Origin: Candidatus Zipacnadia bacterium
GTDB taxonomy: Bacteria; Armatimonadota; Zipacnadia; Zipacnadales; Zipacnadaceae
DNA length: 34,936 nt
Direction of reading: 5' to 3'
Assembly (NCBI GenBank): GCA_029819875.1
Contig: JALGVG010000001.1
Coordinates: 1-34,936, forward strand
The notes under the pieces are model-generated. The model saw nothing but the letters and a program-made list of their open reading frames with translations. It did not search any database and was not told the origin of the DNA. The position numbers were made by a program, and so were the translations under genes. Shown here one piece after another: positions 17,757-27,057 of this stretch (the stretch's first letter is position 1; every line of letters begins with the position of its first letter).

Positions 17757-17839
17757 AGGTACCAGGGCCGGGGCAGCTCGGCCCTCGACTATTGTCAGGA
17801 CAACAGGTAAACGGGGCCTGTCACCCGGGAGTGAGAAAC

Positions 17840-19330
17840 ATGTCTGAGGTCCGAGTAAGATTTGCACCTGCGCCGACGGGATTCATGCACATCGGCAACC
17901 TGCACACGGCGCTGTTCAACTGGCTGTTTGCCCGCAACCAAGGCGGGAAGTTCGTCCTGCGTATTGAAGATACCGACGAGGTGCGCTTCACGCCCGAGGC
18001 GGTCAATGTCATTTACGAGGGCCTGCGATGGCTGGGGTTGGACTGGGACGAGGGGCCGGATATCGGCGGGCCGTACGGGCCGTACATTCAAAGTGAGCGC
18101 CTGGAGCTGTACCAGTCGAAGGTGCAGGAACTGCTGGCAGCGGGCAAGGCGTACGAATGCTTTTGCACCCCGCAGGAGCTGGAGGAGCGGCGCCAGATGA
18201 TGCGGGCGCGCGGGCTGCCGCCGCGCTATGACGGCCGCTGCGCGAACCTCACCGAGCAGGAGCGGGAACGGCTGCGGGCCGAGGGCAGGACAAGCTGCAT
18301 ACGGTTCAGGGTCAAGCAGACAGGCAAGACGGTCATCAAGGACATCATCCAGGGCGAGGTCGTGTATGACAACTCGCTGATCGCCGACAGCATTATCCAG
18401 AAGACGAGCGGGTTTCCCACCTACCATTTGGCCTGCGTGATAGACGACGCGGCAATGAAGATCACGCACGTCATCCGGGCGGTTGAGCACCTGCCCAACA
18501 CGCAGTTGCACCTGCAACTGCAGGAGGCGTTGGGGATCGAGCCTCCGCAGTATGCCCACCTGCCGCTGGTGCTGGGGCCGGATCGCACGAAGCTGAGCAA
18601 GCGGCACGGCGCCGTCAGCGTGGTGGAGTACGCCAAGATGGGCTACCTTCCCGAGGCGATGTTCAACTTCCTGGCGTTGCTGGGCTGGGCGCCGGGTGAT
18701 GAACAGGAGATACTGCCCCCGCAGGAGATTATCAAGCGCTTTTCCCTGCAGGCGTGCTCGGCCTCGCCGTCCGTGTTCGACATGCAGAAGGCCGAGTGGA
18801 TGAACGGAGAGTACATAAAGGCGATGGCGCCGGAGGAACTGGCGCGGCGGGTGCTGCCGTTCCTGGTAGAGGCCGGCCTGTTCGAGGCAGACCCTTCGCC
18901 GGAGCGGATGGCGTGGCTGGTGCGGGTATGCGAGTTGATGCGCGAGCGCGTCAAACGGCTCACCGTCTTCACCACGTGGGCACGGTATTTTTTCACGGAC
19001 GAGTACGAGTACGAGCAACGAGCGCGGCAAAAGTGGCTCAACCGCGAGGATACCCCGCAGAAGTTGGAGATGCTGGCCGAGCGGCTGCAGAAGCTGCAAA
19101 GGTGGGATGCGGAAAGCATCGAGGAGGCGGTGCGCGGGCTGGCGGCGGAGCTGGGAGTGGGCGCGGGGCAGGTGATTCACCCCTGCCGGGCGGCGGTGAC
19201 CGGAACAACCATCGGCCCCAGCCTGTTTCATCTCTTGGAATTGCTTGAACAGAGCGACGTGGTAAGCCGTCTACGCCGGACGGCAGCACTTGCTGCCGGC
19301 GGGCAACTACGGCCCGCACAGGAGGGCTGA
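17840..19330 (+). CDS. gltX: Glutamate--tRNA ligase
   Basis: RVRFAPAPTG, HIGN, LRIEDTD, QSER, CFC, KLSKRHG and a C-terminal anticodon-binding domain; ATG 17840. Confidence 0.97.
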   Translation: MSEVRVRFAPAPTGFMHIGNLHTALFNWLFARNQGGKFVLRIEDTDEVRFTPEAVNVIYEGLRWLGLDWDEGPDIGGPYGPYIQSERLELYQSKVQELLAAGKAYECFCTPQELEERRQMMRARGLPPRYDGRCANLTEQERERLRAEGRTSCIRFRVKQTGKTVIKDIIQGEVVYDNSLIADSIIQKTSGFPTYHLACVIDDAAMKITHVIRAVEHLPNTQLHLQLQEALGIEPPQYAHLPLVLGPDRTKLSKRHGAVSVVEYAKMGYLPEAMFNFLALLGWAPGDEQEILPPQEIIKRFSLQACSASPSVFDMQKAEWMNGEYIKAMAPEELARRVLPFLVEAGLFEADPSPERMAWLVRVCELMRERVKRLTVFTTWARYFFTDEYEYEQRARQKWLNREDTPQKLEMLAERLQKLQRWDAESIEEAVRGLAAELGVGAGQVIHPCRAAVTGTTIGPSLFHLLELLEQSDVVSRLRRTAALAAGGQLRPAQEG

Positions 19331-19346
19331 GCAGCGGCCAGCCTGC

Positions 19347-19376
19347 TTGCTTACAGGGGAGAAGTTGGTCTATAAT
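19347..19376 (+). promoter_or_regulatory. Putative sigma70 promoter for the thiC-family gene
   Basis: TTGCTT-18 nt-TATAAT. Confidence 0.6.
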
Positions 19377-19449
19377 GCCAGCAGGCCAGGTGCCGGCCGC
19401 AAGGCCGGCAAGCCTGACCGGGGGGCTATTTACGAGAGAAGGCGTCACC

Positions 19450-20724
19450 ATGAAGTTGCAAACCATTTCAAAATTCGGTATTGAAGAGGAGACTTTGTCG
19501 GCGGTTGCGGCTGCCGAAAAAGTGCCGGTCGAGCAGTTGGCGGAGGCGGTCGAGGCGGGAAGCGTAGTAGTGTTAGGCAGCCCCAGCGGGCCGGCCAAGC
19601 CCCTGGGAATCGGCAAGGGTTTACGTACCAAAGTCAACGCCAATATCGGCACCTCGCCGGATTTTCCCGACCTGGAGGCGGAGCTGAAGAAGCTCAAGGC
19701 CGCGCTGATCAGCGGGGCCGACACCGTGATGGATCTGAGCACCGGCGGAGACCTGGACGAGATTCGACGGCGCATCCGCGAAGAATGCGACGTGGTCATG
19801 GGGACGGTGCCGATCTACCAAGCCATTATCGAGGCGGAAGAGCGCTACGGGAGCATAGACGAGCTGGACCCTGACCACCTGTTCGAGGTCATCGAGCGCC
19901 ACTGCGCCGACGGCATCGACTTTTTGACCCTGCACTGCGGGGTTACACGGGAGACGATAGCGGCGCTGCGCCGCGACGAGCGCATCGGCGGAATAGTCAG
20001 CCGCGGCGGCAGCTTCCTGGCACACTGGATGGAAGTCACGGGAAAGGAGAACCCGCTATACGAACGGTACGACGAATTGCTGGCGATCCTCAAGCGCTAT
20101 CACACGGCCATCAGCCTGGGGGATGGGTTGCGGCCGGGAGCGATAGCGGATGGCACCGATGCCGGGCAAGTGGCCGAGACCGTGGTGCTCGGTGACCTGG
20201 TGCTGCGGGCGCGCAAAGCGGGCGTGCAGGCGTTCGTGGAGGGTCCCGGGCACATGCCCATGGACCAGATAGCGGGCAACGTCATGCTGCAAAAGAGGCT
20301 GTGTCACGACGCCCCGTTTTACGTGCTGGGGCCGCTGGTGACCGACATAGCTCCCGGATATGACCACATTACCGCCGCCATCGGGGGAGCGATTTGTGCA
20401 GCCGCCGGTGCCGACTATCTGTGTTACGTCACGCCGGCTGAGCACCTGGGGCTGCCGGACATAGACGACGTCGTCCAGGGCGTGATGTCGGCGCGCATCG
20501 CCGCGCACGCGGCCGACATCGTCAAGGGTGTGCCCGGCGCGGCGGACTGGGACATGCGCATGTCGCAGGCCCGCCGGCAACTGGACTGGGACCAGATGAG
20601 AGAGCTGGCCATCGATCCGGGACGCGTGGTCGAGGTGCGAGGGGAACGCGGCACCCTCGACCCCAAGGCCTGCTCCATGTGCGGCAAGTTCTGCTCCATA
20701 AGGTTGTCCATGAGTTTGAAATAA
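19450..20724 (+). CDS. thiC: Phosphomethylpyrimidine synthase ThiC, short form (ThiC/Bza radical SAM family)
   Basis: KVNANIGTS, MDLSTGG, GTVPIYQ, SRGGS, GDGLRPG, EGPGH, YVTPAEHL and C-terminal CSMCGKFC. A BzaA/B/F paralog is not excluded. Confidence 0.85.
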   Translation: MKLQTISKFGIEEETLSAVAAAEKVPVEQLAEAVEAGSVVVLGSPSGPAKPLGIGKGLRTKVNANIGTSPDFPDLEAELKKLKAALISGADTVMDLSTGGDLDEIRRRIREECDVVMGTVPIYQAIIEAEERYGSIDELDPDHLFEVIERHCADGIDFLTLHCGVTRETIAALRRDERIGGIVSRGGSFLAHWMEVTGKENPLYERYDELLAILKRYHTAISLGDGLRPGAIADGTDAGQVAETVVLGDLVLRARKAGVQAFVEGPGHMPMDQIAGNVMLQKRLCHDAPFYVLGPLVTDIAPGYDHITAAIGGAICAAAGADYLCYVTPAEHLGLPDIDDVVQGVMSARIAAHAADIVKGVPGAADWDMRMSQARRQLDWDQMRELAIDPGRVVEVRGERGTLDPKACSMCGKFCSIRLSMSLK

Positions 20725-20768
20725 AACAGCAGGCATCCGGAAGAGGGCCTGCAGAGGTAGCCTAGGCA

Positions 20769-22382
20769 ATGTCAATAGTCAAACTACGCAAGATCTTCCG
20801 CAAGACGGCAAATATCGGCTATGGCAACAAGCGCATCCAGCTTCCCAGCCTGATGACCATCATCTTTGCCGCGATCGTCGTCATCTTCGTGCTCGGTGCC
20901 TACTACACGTTCGGGGGGCCGGCCGGCGGTGGAGGCCGAGGCCAGCGCTATGCGGCCAAGCTGACGAAGGTCGTGGCAGTGGTCAACGGGCACAAGATCG
21001 CCCGCCTCAACTTCGAGCAAGCCTTCCAGCGCGCCCTGGACTTGCAGCGGGGGTCGGTGAGGGTGGCGGATATCCGCCGGCTCCGCGAAGGCCTGCTTGA
21101 GAACACGATAATGTCAATACTGCTGAGGGACGCAGCCAAGGCCGCAGGCATCAGGGTCAGCTCGGCGGACCTGGCAGCCAAGCGCGACCAGATGGTGCAG
21201 GAGCGCATCAACCAGCAATATCCCACGAAGAAGGCCCTGGCCGAACACCTCAAGCGCCGGCGTATCTCCTACGAGCAACTGCTGGCACGGGAGCGTGAAC
21301 GGCTGCCGGGCGACGATGCACTACGCGAGACCATCATGCAGGAAAAGCTCAGGGAGCAGATAGAGAGCCAGGTGCAGGTAAGCGACCAGCAGGTGCGGGA
21401 CAACTTCGCCGAGTTGACCATCCAGCATATCCTGATATCGCCGGAGCGCATAAAGCAAAAGTACGCCGAAAAGTGGGCGGCAGAGCACAAGGGCAGCGAG
21501 CAGTCGGCTCCGCCCCAGATAGACGCCGACAGCAAGGCACGGGAAAAAATCGAGGAGCTGCTGGACAAGATCAAGAAGGGGGCCGATTTCGGGGAGCTAG
21601 CCAAGGAGTATTCGGACGACCCCGGCAGCGCAGCGCAAGGGGGCAAGATGGTGATAAGGGCGGGAGAGACGGTGCCGGAGTTCGAGAAGGCCGCCTTTGC
21701 CCTCAAGCCCGGCCAGGTCAGTGAGATAGTCAAGACGGATTACGGCTATCACCTCATCAAGCTTATCAGCCGCAAGGACAACCTTCCCGAGGATTTCGAG
21801 AGCAACAAGGAGCGGTACCGCAAGCAGGTGCTGGAAGACTACAAGCGGCGGGCATGGGCGGAATACCTCAACAGCTTGCGCACCGCGGCGGATGTGCAGA
21901 TATACGACACCGAGCTGCAAGCGTATCGCTTACTGGCCGAAGGCGACAAGGCGGGTGCCCAAGCCAAGCTGCGCGAGGCCGTGGATGATGACCCCAATAA
22001 CGTCAGTGCCCGGTATCAACTGGCCCTGCTTTACGAGCAAGCCGGCCAGACGCAAGAGGCCATCAAGCTGCTGGAAGAAGTTGCTTCCCACACGCTGGGG
22101 GCCAGCGATCCATACGTTCACCTCAAGCTGGCGGACCTGTACAAGAAGAGCAAGCGGGACGACGATGCCCTCGAGGAGTACATAAATGCCAGCGAACGGG
22201 CCAGCGCCCTGGACTGGAGCAACTACGGCGCACATATCCAGTTGCGCACGGTATTCGAGGAACTCGGCAAGCCGGAACTGGTCAAGCGCCAGGACGAATG
22301 GATAGCCGATTTCAACAAGCACATGCAAAGCACAGGCGGCATGGTGATACCTGGAGGAACTTTCACCATTCCAGGGGGTTAA
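20769..22382 (+). CDS. SurA/PrsA-like parvulin peptidyl-prolyl isomerase with C-terminal TPRs
   Basis: N-terminal TM helix; VAVVNG SurA-N region; HILI, FGELAKEYSDD, PEFEKAAF, YGYHLIK; TPR-like helices at the C-terminus. Confidence 0.88.
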   Translation: MSIVKLRKIFRKTANIGYGNKRIQLPSLMTIIFAAIVVIFVLGAYYTFGGPAGGGGRGQRYAAKLTKVVAVVNGHKIARLNFEQAFQRALDLQRGSVRVADIRRLREGLLENTIMSILLRDAAKAAGIRVSSADLAAKRDQMVQERINQQYPTKKALAEHLKRRRISYEQLLARERERLPGDDALRETIMQEKLREQIESQVQVSDQQVRDNFAELTIQHILISPERIKQKYAEKWAAEHKGSEQSAPPQIDADSKAREKIEELLDKIKKGADFGELAKEYSDDPGSAAQGGKMVIRAGETVPEFEKAAFALKPGQVSEIVKTDYGYHLIKLISRKDNLPEDFESNKERYRKQVLEDYKRRAWAEYLNSLRTAADVQIYDTELQAYRLLAEGDKAGAQAKLREAVDDDPNNVSARYQLALLYEQAGQTQEAIKLLEEVASHTLGASDPYVHLKLADLYKKSKRDDDALEEYINASERASALDWSNYGAHIQLRTVFEELGKPELVKRQDEWIADFNKHMQSTGGMVIPGGTFTIPGG

Positions 22383-22391
22383 AACCAACCC

Positions 22392-23255
22392 ATGAGGCCG
22401 GCGAGCAAACTGAAGGTCAGGCTGGTGCAGCTCAATCCTCGGCTGGGCGACGTCGAAGCCAACGTCGATTTGCACATGGAGGCGATCAAGCAGGCGATCG
22501 CCGACGATGTCTCGCTGATTATATTCCCCGAGTTATCGCTTACCGGCTACTACCTGCGTGACCTGGCCCCGGAGGTGGCGATGCGCGTTGAGGGGCCGGT
22601 CATGAGCCAGCTGGCACGCCTCAGCAAAGAAATCGGCATCGTGGTCGGCTTCGTGGAGGAGGACGAGCAGTTCAGTTTCTTCATCGCGCAGGCGTACCTG
22701 GAGGGCGGCGCCGTGCGGCATGTCCACCGCAAGGTTTACCTGCCCACCTACGGGATGTTCGACGAGGGCCGCTATTTCACCGCCGGCCGGCGCCTGCGCA
22801 CCTTGCGCAGCAAATGGGGGCCGATGGGCATCCTCATATGCGAAGACCTCTGGCACCCCTCGGCGCCTTACGTGCTGTCGCAAAGCGGCATGTACTACTT
22901 GATTGCTTGTGCCTCAAGCCCCGGCCGGGGCATCCATGACCAACATATCGCCACCGCCGGCACCTACGCCAACATACTTACCACCTACGCACAACTTTTC
23001 CAGGTTTACGTGCTGTTTTGCAATCGCGTGGGGTACGAGGAAGGAGTGTGCTTCTGGGGCGGGAGCTGCGTCATCGGCCCGCAAGGCGTCAGCGTGGCAG
23101 CCGCTCCCCAACTTGAGCCGGCGGTGCTGGATGCGGAGCTTGACGTTGCCGCCATCCGCCGGGTGCGATTGCAAGCGCCGCTGACCGACGACGAGAACCT
23201 CGACCTGACCATCCGCGAGCTGGAGAGGGTGCGTCGTGAGCGAGCTGAAGATTGA
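22392..23255 (+). CDS. Stand-alone glutaminase subunit of NAD synthetase (nitrilase fold)
   Basis: FPELSLTGY, K.YLPTYGMFDE.RYF, ICEDLW, ASSP and NRVG match the NadE glutaminase domain; overlaps nadE by 20 nt. Confidence 0.85.
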   Translation: MRPASKLKVRLVQLNPRLGDVEANVDLHMEAIKQAIADDVSLIIFPELSLTGYYLRDLAPEVAMRVEGPVMSQLARLSKEIGIVVGFVEEDEQFSFFIAQAYLEGGAVRHVHRKVYLPTYGMFDEGRYFTAGRRLRTLRSKWGPMGILICEDLWHPSAPYVLSQSGMYYLIACASSPGRGIHDQHIATAGTYANILTTYAQLFQVYVLFCNRVGYEEGVCFWGGSCVIGPQGVSVAAAPQLEPAVLDAELDVAAIRRVRLQAPLTDDENLDLTIRELERVRRERAED

Positions 23256-24057
23256 CTGTGCGCTGGCCACCAGCATCATCACGGGATTTTTGCGCAACGA
23301 GATCACCAAGTTCGGCTTTGAGCGCGGCATTGTGGGGATGTCGGGAGGGGTGGATTCGACGCTATCGGCGTTCCTGACGGCGAAGGCACTGGGGCCTGAC
23401 AATGTAACGGGAGTGATAATGCCCTACAAGACCAGCAAACCCGACAGCCGCGAACACGCCGAGCTTGCCGCCGCCCAACTGGGCATCCGCACCGAGGTCA
23501 TCGACATCACCCCGCAGATTGACGCCTACTTTGCCCGCATGCCGGACGCCGACAAGCTGCGCCGCGCGAACAAGATGGCACGGGAACGGATGGCGGTGCT
23601 GTACGATCGCTCCCAGGCACTGCGGGCGCTGGTCATCGGCACGAGCAACAAGACCGAGGCACTGCTGGGATACACGACGCTGTGGGGGGACATGGCATGT
23701 GCCATCAATCCCCTGGGCGACCTGTACAAGACACAGGTGCGGCAACTGGCCCGCTACCTGGGGGTGCCGCAGGTCATCATTGACAAGCCGCCGTCAGCCG
23801 ACCTGTGGCAAGGACAGACCGACGAGGGGGAGCTGGGCTTTACCTACGAAGAGGTGGACAAGCTGTTGTTTCGCCTGGTTGACGAGCGCAAGTCGCGCGA
23901 TGAGCTGATAGAGGAGGGGTTCGCGCCGGAGTTCGTTGCGCGCGTCATCCAGATGGTGCAGGGTTCGCAGTACAAGCGCCGGATGCCGCTCATCGCCAAG
24001 GTCTCCACGCGCTCAATCAACCGCGATTTCCGATACCCCCGAGACTGGGGTCGGTAG
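23236..24057 (+). CDS. nadE: NAD+ synthetase, synthetase subunit
   Basis: SGGVDS, NKMARERM, GTSNKTE, GYTTLWGD, DLYKTQV, PSADL and YKR motifs; GTG start with a GGAG RBS. Confidence 0.95.
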   Translation: MSELKIDCALATSIITGFLRNEITKFGFERGIVGMSGGVDSTLSAFLTAKALGPDNVTGVIMPYKTSKPDSREHAELAAAQLGIRTEVIDITPQIDAYFARMPDADKLRRANKMARERMAVLYDRSQALRALVIGTSNKTEALLGYTTLWGDMACAINPLGDLYKTQVRQLARYLGVPQVIIDKPPSADLWQGQTDEGELGFTYEEVDKLLFRLVDERKSRDELIEEGFAPEFVARVIQMVQGSQYKRRMPLIAKVSTRSINRDFRYPRDWGR

Positions 24058-24061
24058 GGGC

Positions 24062-24940
24062 ATGACAAGGGCGCCACAGCGGGCGGGCACCTTGTACCTG
24101 GTGGCCACGCCGATAGGGAACCTGGAGGACATCACCAGGCGCGCCGTGCGGATACTGGGGGAGGTGGACGTGGTAGCGGCCGAGGACACGCGGCGCACGC
24201 GCAAGCTGCTGGCAGCACTGGGTATCAGCAAGCCGCTGGAGAGCCTGCACGCAGACAGCGGCGCGCGCAAGGTGGAGCGGATAGTGGAACTTCTGCGCGG
24301 GGGCAAGGACGTGGCCCTCACCTCGGATGCAGGGACCCCGCTGATTGCAGACCCCGGCGCCGACCTCGTCCAGGCGTGCAACGAAGCGGGTATTGCGGTG
24401 GTGGCGGTGCCCGGCCCCAGCGCCGTGGCGGCAGCCATAGCGGTAGCCGGATTCGGTGGGGACAGGTTCCTCTTTGCCGGTTATCCACCGCGCAAAGCCG
24501 GCGAGCGCCGCCAGTTTCTTGAGCGCATCGCTGCTATGCCCTATCCCGTGGTGCTCTTCGAGGTCCCGCATCGCGTGGTGCAGACCCTGCAGCAGCTAAG
24601 CAGCATACTGGGCTGCGAACGGCAGGTAGTGGTCTGCCGGGAGTTGACCAAGCTTCACGAGGAGGTAGTGCGGGGGGCGGCGGTGCAGGTGGCAGCCGCA
24701 TTCGAACACAGAGAGCCGAAGGGTGAGTTTACCATCGTCATCGCTGCCGGGCGGCAAGCCTCCGGCCCGCCGGTCGCTGGTGATCCGCGGGCGGCCGCCG
24801 CACTGATGGCGCAGATGGGACTAAGCAGCAGGCAGATTACCGACGTGCTGGTCGCTGCTGCAGGGCTGGGTAGGAATGAAGCATACCGGCTGGCACTGCA
24901 GGCGCGCGAATCGAAAGATGAAGTTTCCGGCTCTGGCTAG
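24062..24940 (+). CDS. rsmI: 16S rRNA (cytidine1402-2'-O)-methyltransferase
   Basis: LYLVATPIGNLEDIT.RA, AEDTR, SDAGTP.IADPG, RELTKLHEE, KGEF. Confidence 0.95.
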   Translation: MTRAPQRAGTLYLVATPIGNLEDITRRAVRILGEVDVVAAEDTRRTRKLLAALGISKPLESLHADSGARKVERIVELLRGGKDVALTSDAGTPLIADPGADLVQACNEAGIAVVAVPGPSAVAAAIAVAGFGGDRFLFAGYPPRKAGERRQFLERIAAMPYPVVLFEVPHRVVQTLQQLSSILGCERQVVVCRELTKLHEEVVRGAAVQVAAAFEHREPKGEFTIVIAAGRQASGPPVAGDPRAAAALMAQMGLSSRQITDVLVAAAGLGRNEAYRLALQARESKDEVSGSG

Positions 24941-24942
24941 CT

Positions 24943-25404
24943 TCAGCTATCAACACCTCCTCCTGCGCTGGTCAAAACGCCGGATATGAGCAGTACGCCC
25001 ACCACCACCAAGACAATCCCCAGTCCCTTGGCCCAGGTCAGCTTTTCCCCGAGTATTACGACGGAAAGAAGTGCCAGTACCAGGGGGTAGGAAGAGGTGA
25101 CCGGCACCACGCGGGAGACCTCGTCGACGCGCAAGGCCATGTAGTAGGTCACTTGGCCGATAATGGGGCCGATCAAGGCCGCAACGACCGCCACCAGCAC
25201 AGCCCAACCGGGAGTGGCGGCCACCTCGGCGACGCGGCCGCTGAGCAAGCCGTAAACCAAGAAGATGCCGCCAATTATCACCGCGCGCAATGATACAAGG
25301 GAAAGGGCGGAAGGGAAAGCGCCTATTGCATATTTGTCCAAGACTGAACCTATTCCCCAGGCCACGATGGTGATGAAGCTAAGTATCAGTCCTTGAGTGC
25401 TCAT
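24943..25404 (-). CDS. Single-domain EamA/DMT family membrane transporter
   Basis: About 5 TM helices; WG....K, YYMAL, SRVVPV, LGEKLT..K..G; GGAGGT RBS. Confidence 0.85.
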   Translation of the reverse strand: MSTQGLILSFITIVAWGIGSVLDKYAIGAFPSALSLVSLRAVIIGGIFLVYGLLSGRVAEVAATPGWAVLVAVVAALIGPIIGQVTYYMALRVDEVSRVVPVTSSYPLVLALLSVVILGEKLTWAKGLGIVLVVVGVLLISGVLTSAGGGVDS

Positions 25405-25531
25405 AATTTGTTGTTACCTCCGTTGGCGGTACGCAATAGACGGCGTATCAGGCGATCATATCAATGCGCCGCAGGGAAAACACCATGCGGCGGCAATGCA
25501 GGTTGGCATCGCCGCTTGGACCCGTTGCCGG

Positions 25532-27040
25532 CTAGTGCATCCTGTGCACGATGCTCTCAAGCGTCGGCCACAAGTCCTTGTAGATTGCGAAGTGTTCGGC
25601 ATACTGTTCATGAGCGCGGCTGTCAGGCGTGTAGACGGTTTGCTCACGCACAACCTGCTCGACGGCTTGCTGCACCGACTCGTAGACGCCGGTCGCCACT
25701 CCGCCGAGGATGGCACCGGCCTGGCAGCCGCTTTCAGTCACGCTGAGAGTGACAACCTCCTTGCCGGTGATGTCGGCTTTCAACTGCAACCACAAGGGAC
25801 TCTTGGCTCCACCGCCGGTGGCGCGCAGGCGCTGGGTGCTCACTCCGGCGCTCCCAAGGTACTCGATGTTGAGGGCCAGTTCATAGCATAGCCCTTCGAG
25901 AAGGGCCTTGATGAATGTCTTGCGGTCGGTGTCCAGGGTCAGGCCCACCAGCGCCCCCTTGGCCAGGGGATCGAGATAGGGCGTGCCCGAGCCGGCCAGG
26001 TAAGGAACCAGGTACAGGCCCGTTGGGCCGGTGGGAAGGTCGCTGAGGATGAGGTCGTAGACGTCCGCGCCTTCAGCTTGCGCTCGTTGAAGCTCGAGCT
26101 GCCCGAACTGGTCGCGGAACCAGCGCAGCACCGAGCCGCTGGTGTAGTTGAAGGCGATGGTCACGTACATGTCGTCGTAGACATGCGGGTAGCAACAGTA
26201 GTTGTACTTGAGCATCCGGGGGGTGAGAACGGGCTCATCAAAGGCCACGGTGATGCACTCGACTGTTCCCATGCCGTCCACGGCCAGGCCTTGGCGTATT
26301 ACGCCCGCACCGAGGGCATTCATGGGCTGGTCGTGACCTCCGGCCACCACCAGGCAGCCGGCCGGCAAGCCCACCTCCTCTGCGGGGCCGGCCGCTAACT
26401 CCCCCACCACCTCGCCCGGGCGGATGGGCTCGGCAAACAGGTCGCTGTCGATACCGGCTACTTGGAGTAATTCGTCCGCCCACTTCTTGGCCACGACATC
26501 AAAGGCCATGGTGCGGCCGGCCAGCGACCAGTCAAGCCGGGGAGTCAGCCCCAGCTTTAGATGAACGATTTCGGGCCACAGCAGGTACTTGCTGGTGGCC
26601 TGGTGGACCTCGGGGGCATGTTCCTTCAGCCACATTATCTTGTTCAGCGTAAAGCTGGAGTGGGGCGGCATTCCGGTTATCGAGAAGACGCGTTGCGCCC
26701 CCGGAGTCTGCTGCCAGCGTTGCGCCTGCTGCACGGCGCGACTGTCAGGCGAGACGATGCAGTTGTACAGGAATCTGCCCTGGGCGTCGACGGGCGTGAA
26801 GGCCTCGCCAAGGGCCGAGATGCACAGGGCGCGGACAGGATCGTGACGGGCACCGGCCGCGGCCTGCGCGATGACCTGGCATATCGCCGACCACACCTCG
26901 TCGGGCCGCAACTCGATCATGCCCGGGCCGGGGTAGACCTCGGCATACTCGCGGTAGGCCTGCGACAGGAGGCGGCCTTCCTCGTCGAACACAACAGCCT
27001 TGGTGCCGGTTGAACCGATGTCAAGCCCCATCAATGACAC
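25532..27040 (-). CDS. FGGY-family carbohydrate kinase (xylulokinase-like)
   Basis: GLDIGSTGTK, GGHDQ, PYLAGSGTP, ALLEG, GGGAKS.LWLQ.KADI. GTG 27040 follows GGAGGTG. Confidence 0.9.
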   Translation of the reverse strand: MSLMGLDIGSTGTKAVVFDEEGRLLSQAYREYAEVYPGPGMIELRPDEVWSAICQVIAQAAAGARHDPVRALCISALGEAFTPVDAQGRFLYNCIVSPDSRAVQQAQRWQQTPGAQRVFSITGMPPHSSFTLNKIMWLKEHAPEVHQATSKYLLWPEIVHLKLGLTPRLDWSLAGRTMAFDVVAKKWADELLQVAGIDSDLFAEPIRPGEVVGELAAGPAEEVGLPAGCLVVAGGHDQPMNALGAGVIRQGLAVDGMGTVECITVAFDEPVLTPRMLKYNYCCYPHVYDDMYVTIAFNYTSGSVLRWFRDQFGQLELQRAQAEGADVYDLILSDLPTGPTGLYLVPYLAGSGTPYLDPLAKGALVGLTLDTDRKTFIKALLEGLCYELALNIEYLGSAGVSTQRLRATGGGAKSPLWLQLKADITGKEVVTLSVTESGCQAGAILGGVATGVYESVQQAVEQVVREQTVYTPDSRAHEQYAEHFAIYKDLWPTLESIVHRMH

Positions 27041-27057
27041 GTCATCACCTCCCATTG

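Noticed and set aside
17757-17839. T-box leader for gltX
   Set aside because: Leader too short; no TGGNACC T-box motif and no terminator.
16400-19231. Long antisense ORFs 16400-17671 (+) and 17795-19231 (-); likewise 7916-9028, 9436-10533 and 27010-28422
   Set aside because: They mirror real genes codon for codon and have no RBS or family motifs.
19331-19449. TPP or cobalamin riboswitch
   Set aside because: Conserved cores are absent and the space is too short.
25405-25531. Fluoride or guanidine riboswitch upstream of the EamA gene
   Set aside because: Hairpins exist (CGCCGCA/TGCGGCG, TACGC/GCGTA), but the consensus nucleotides are not matched.
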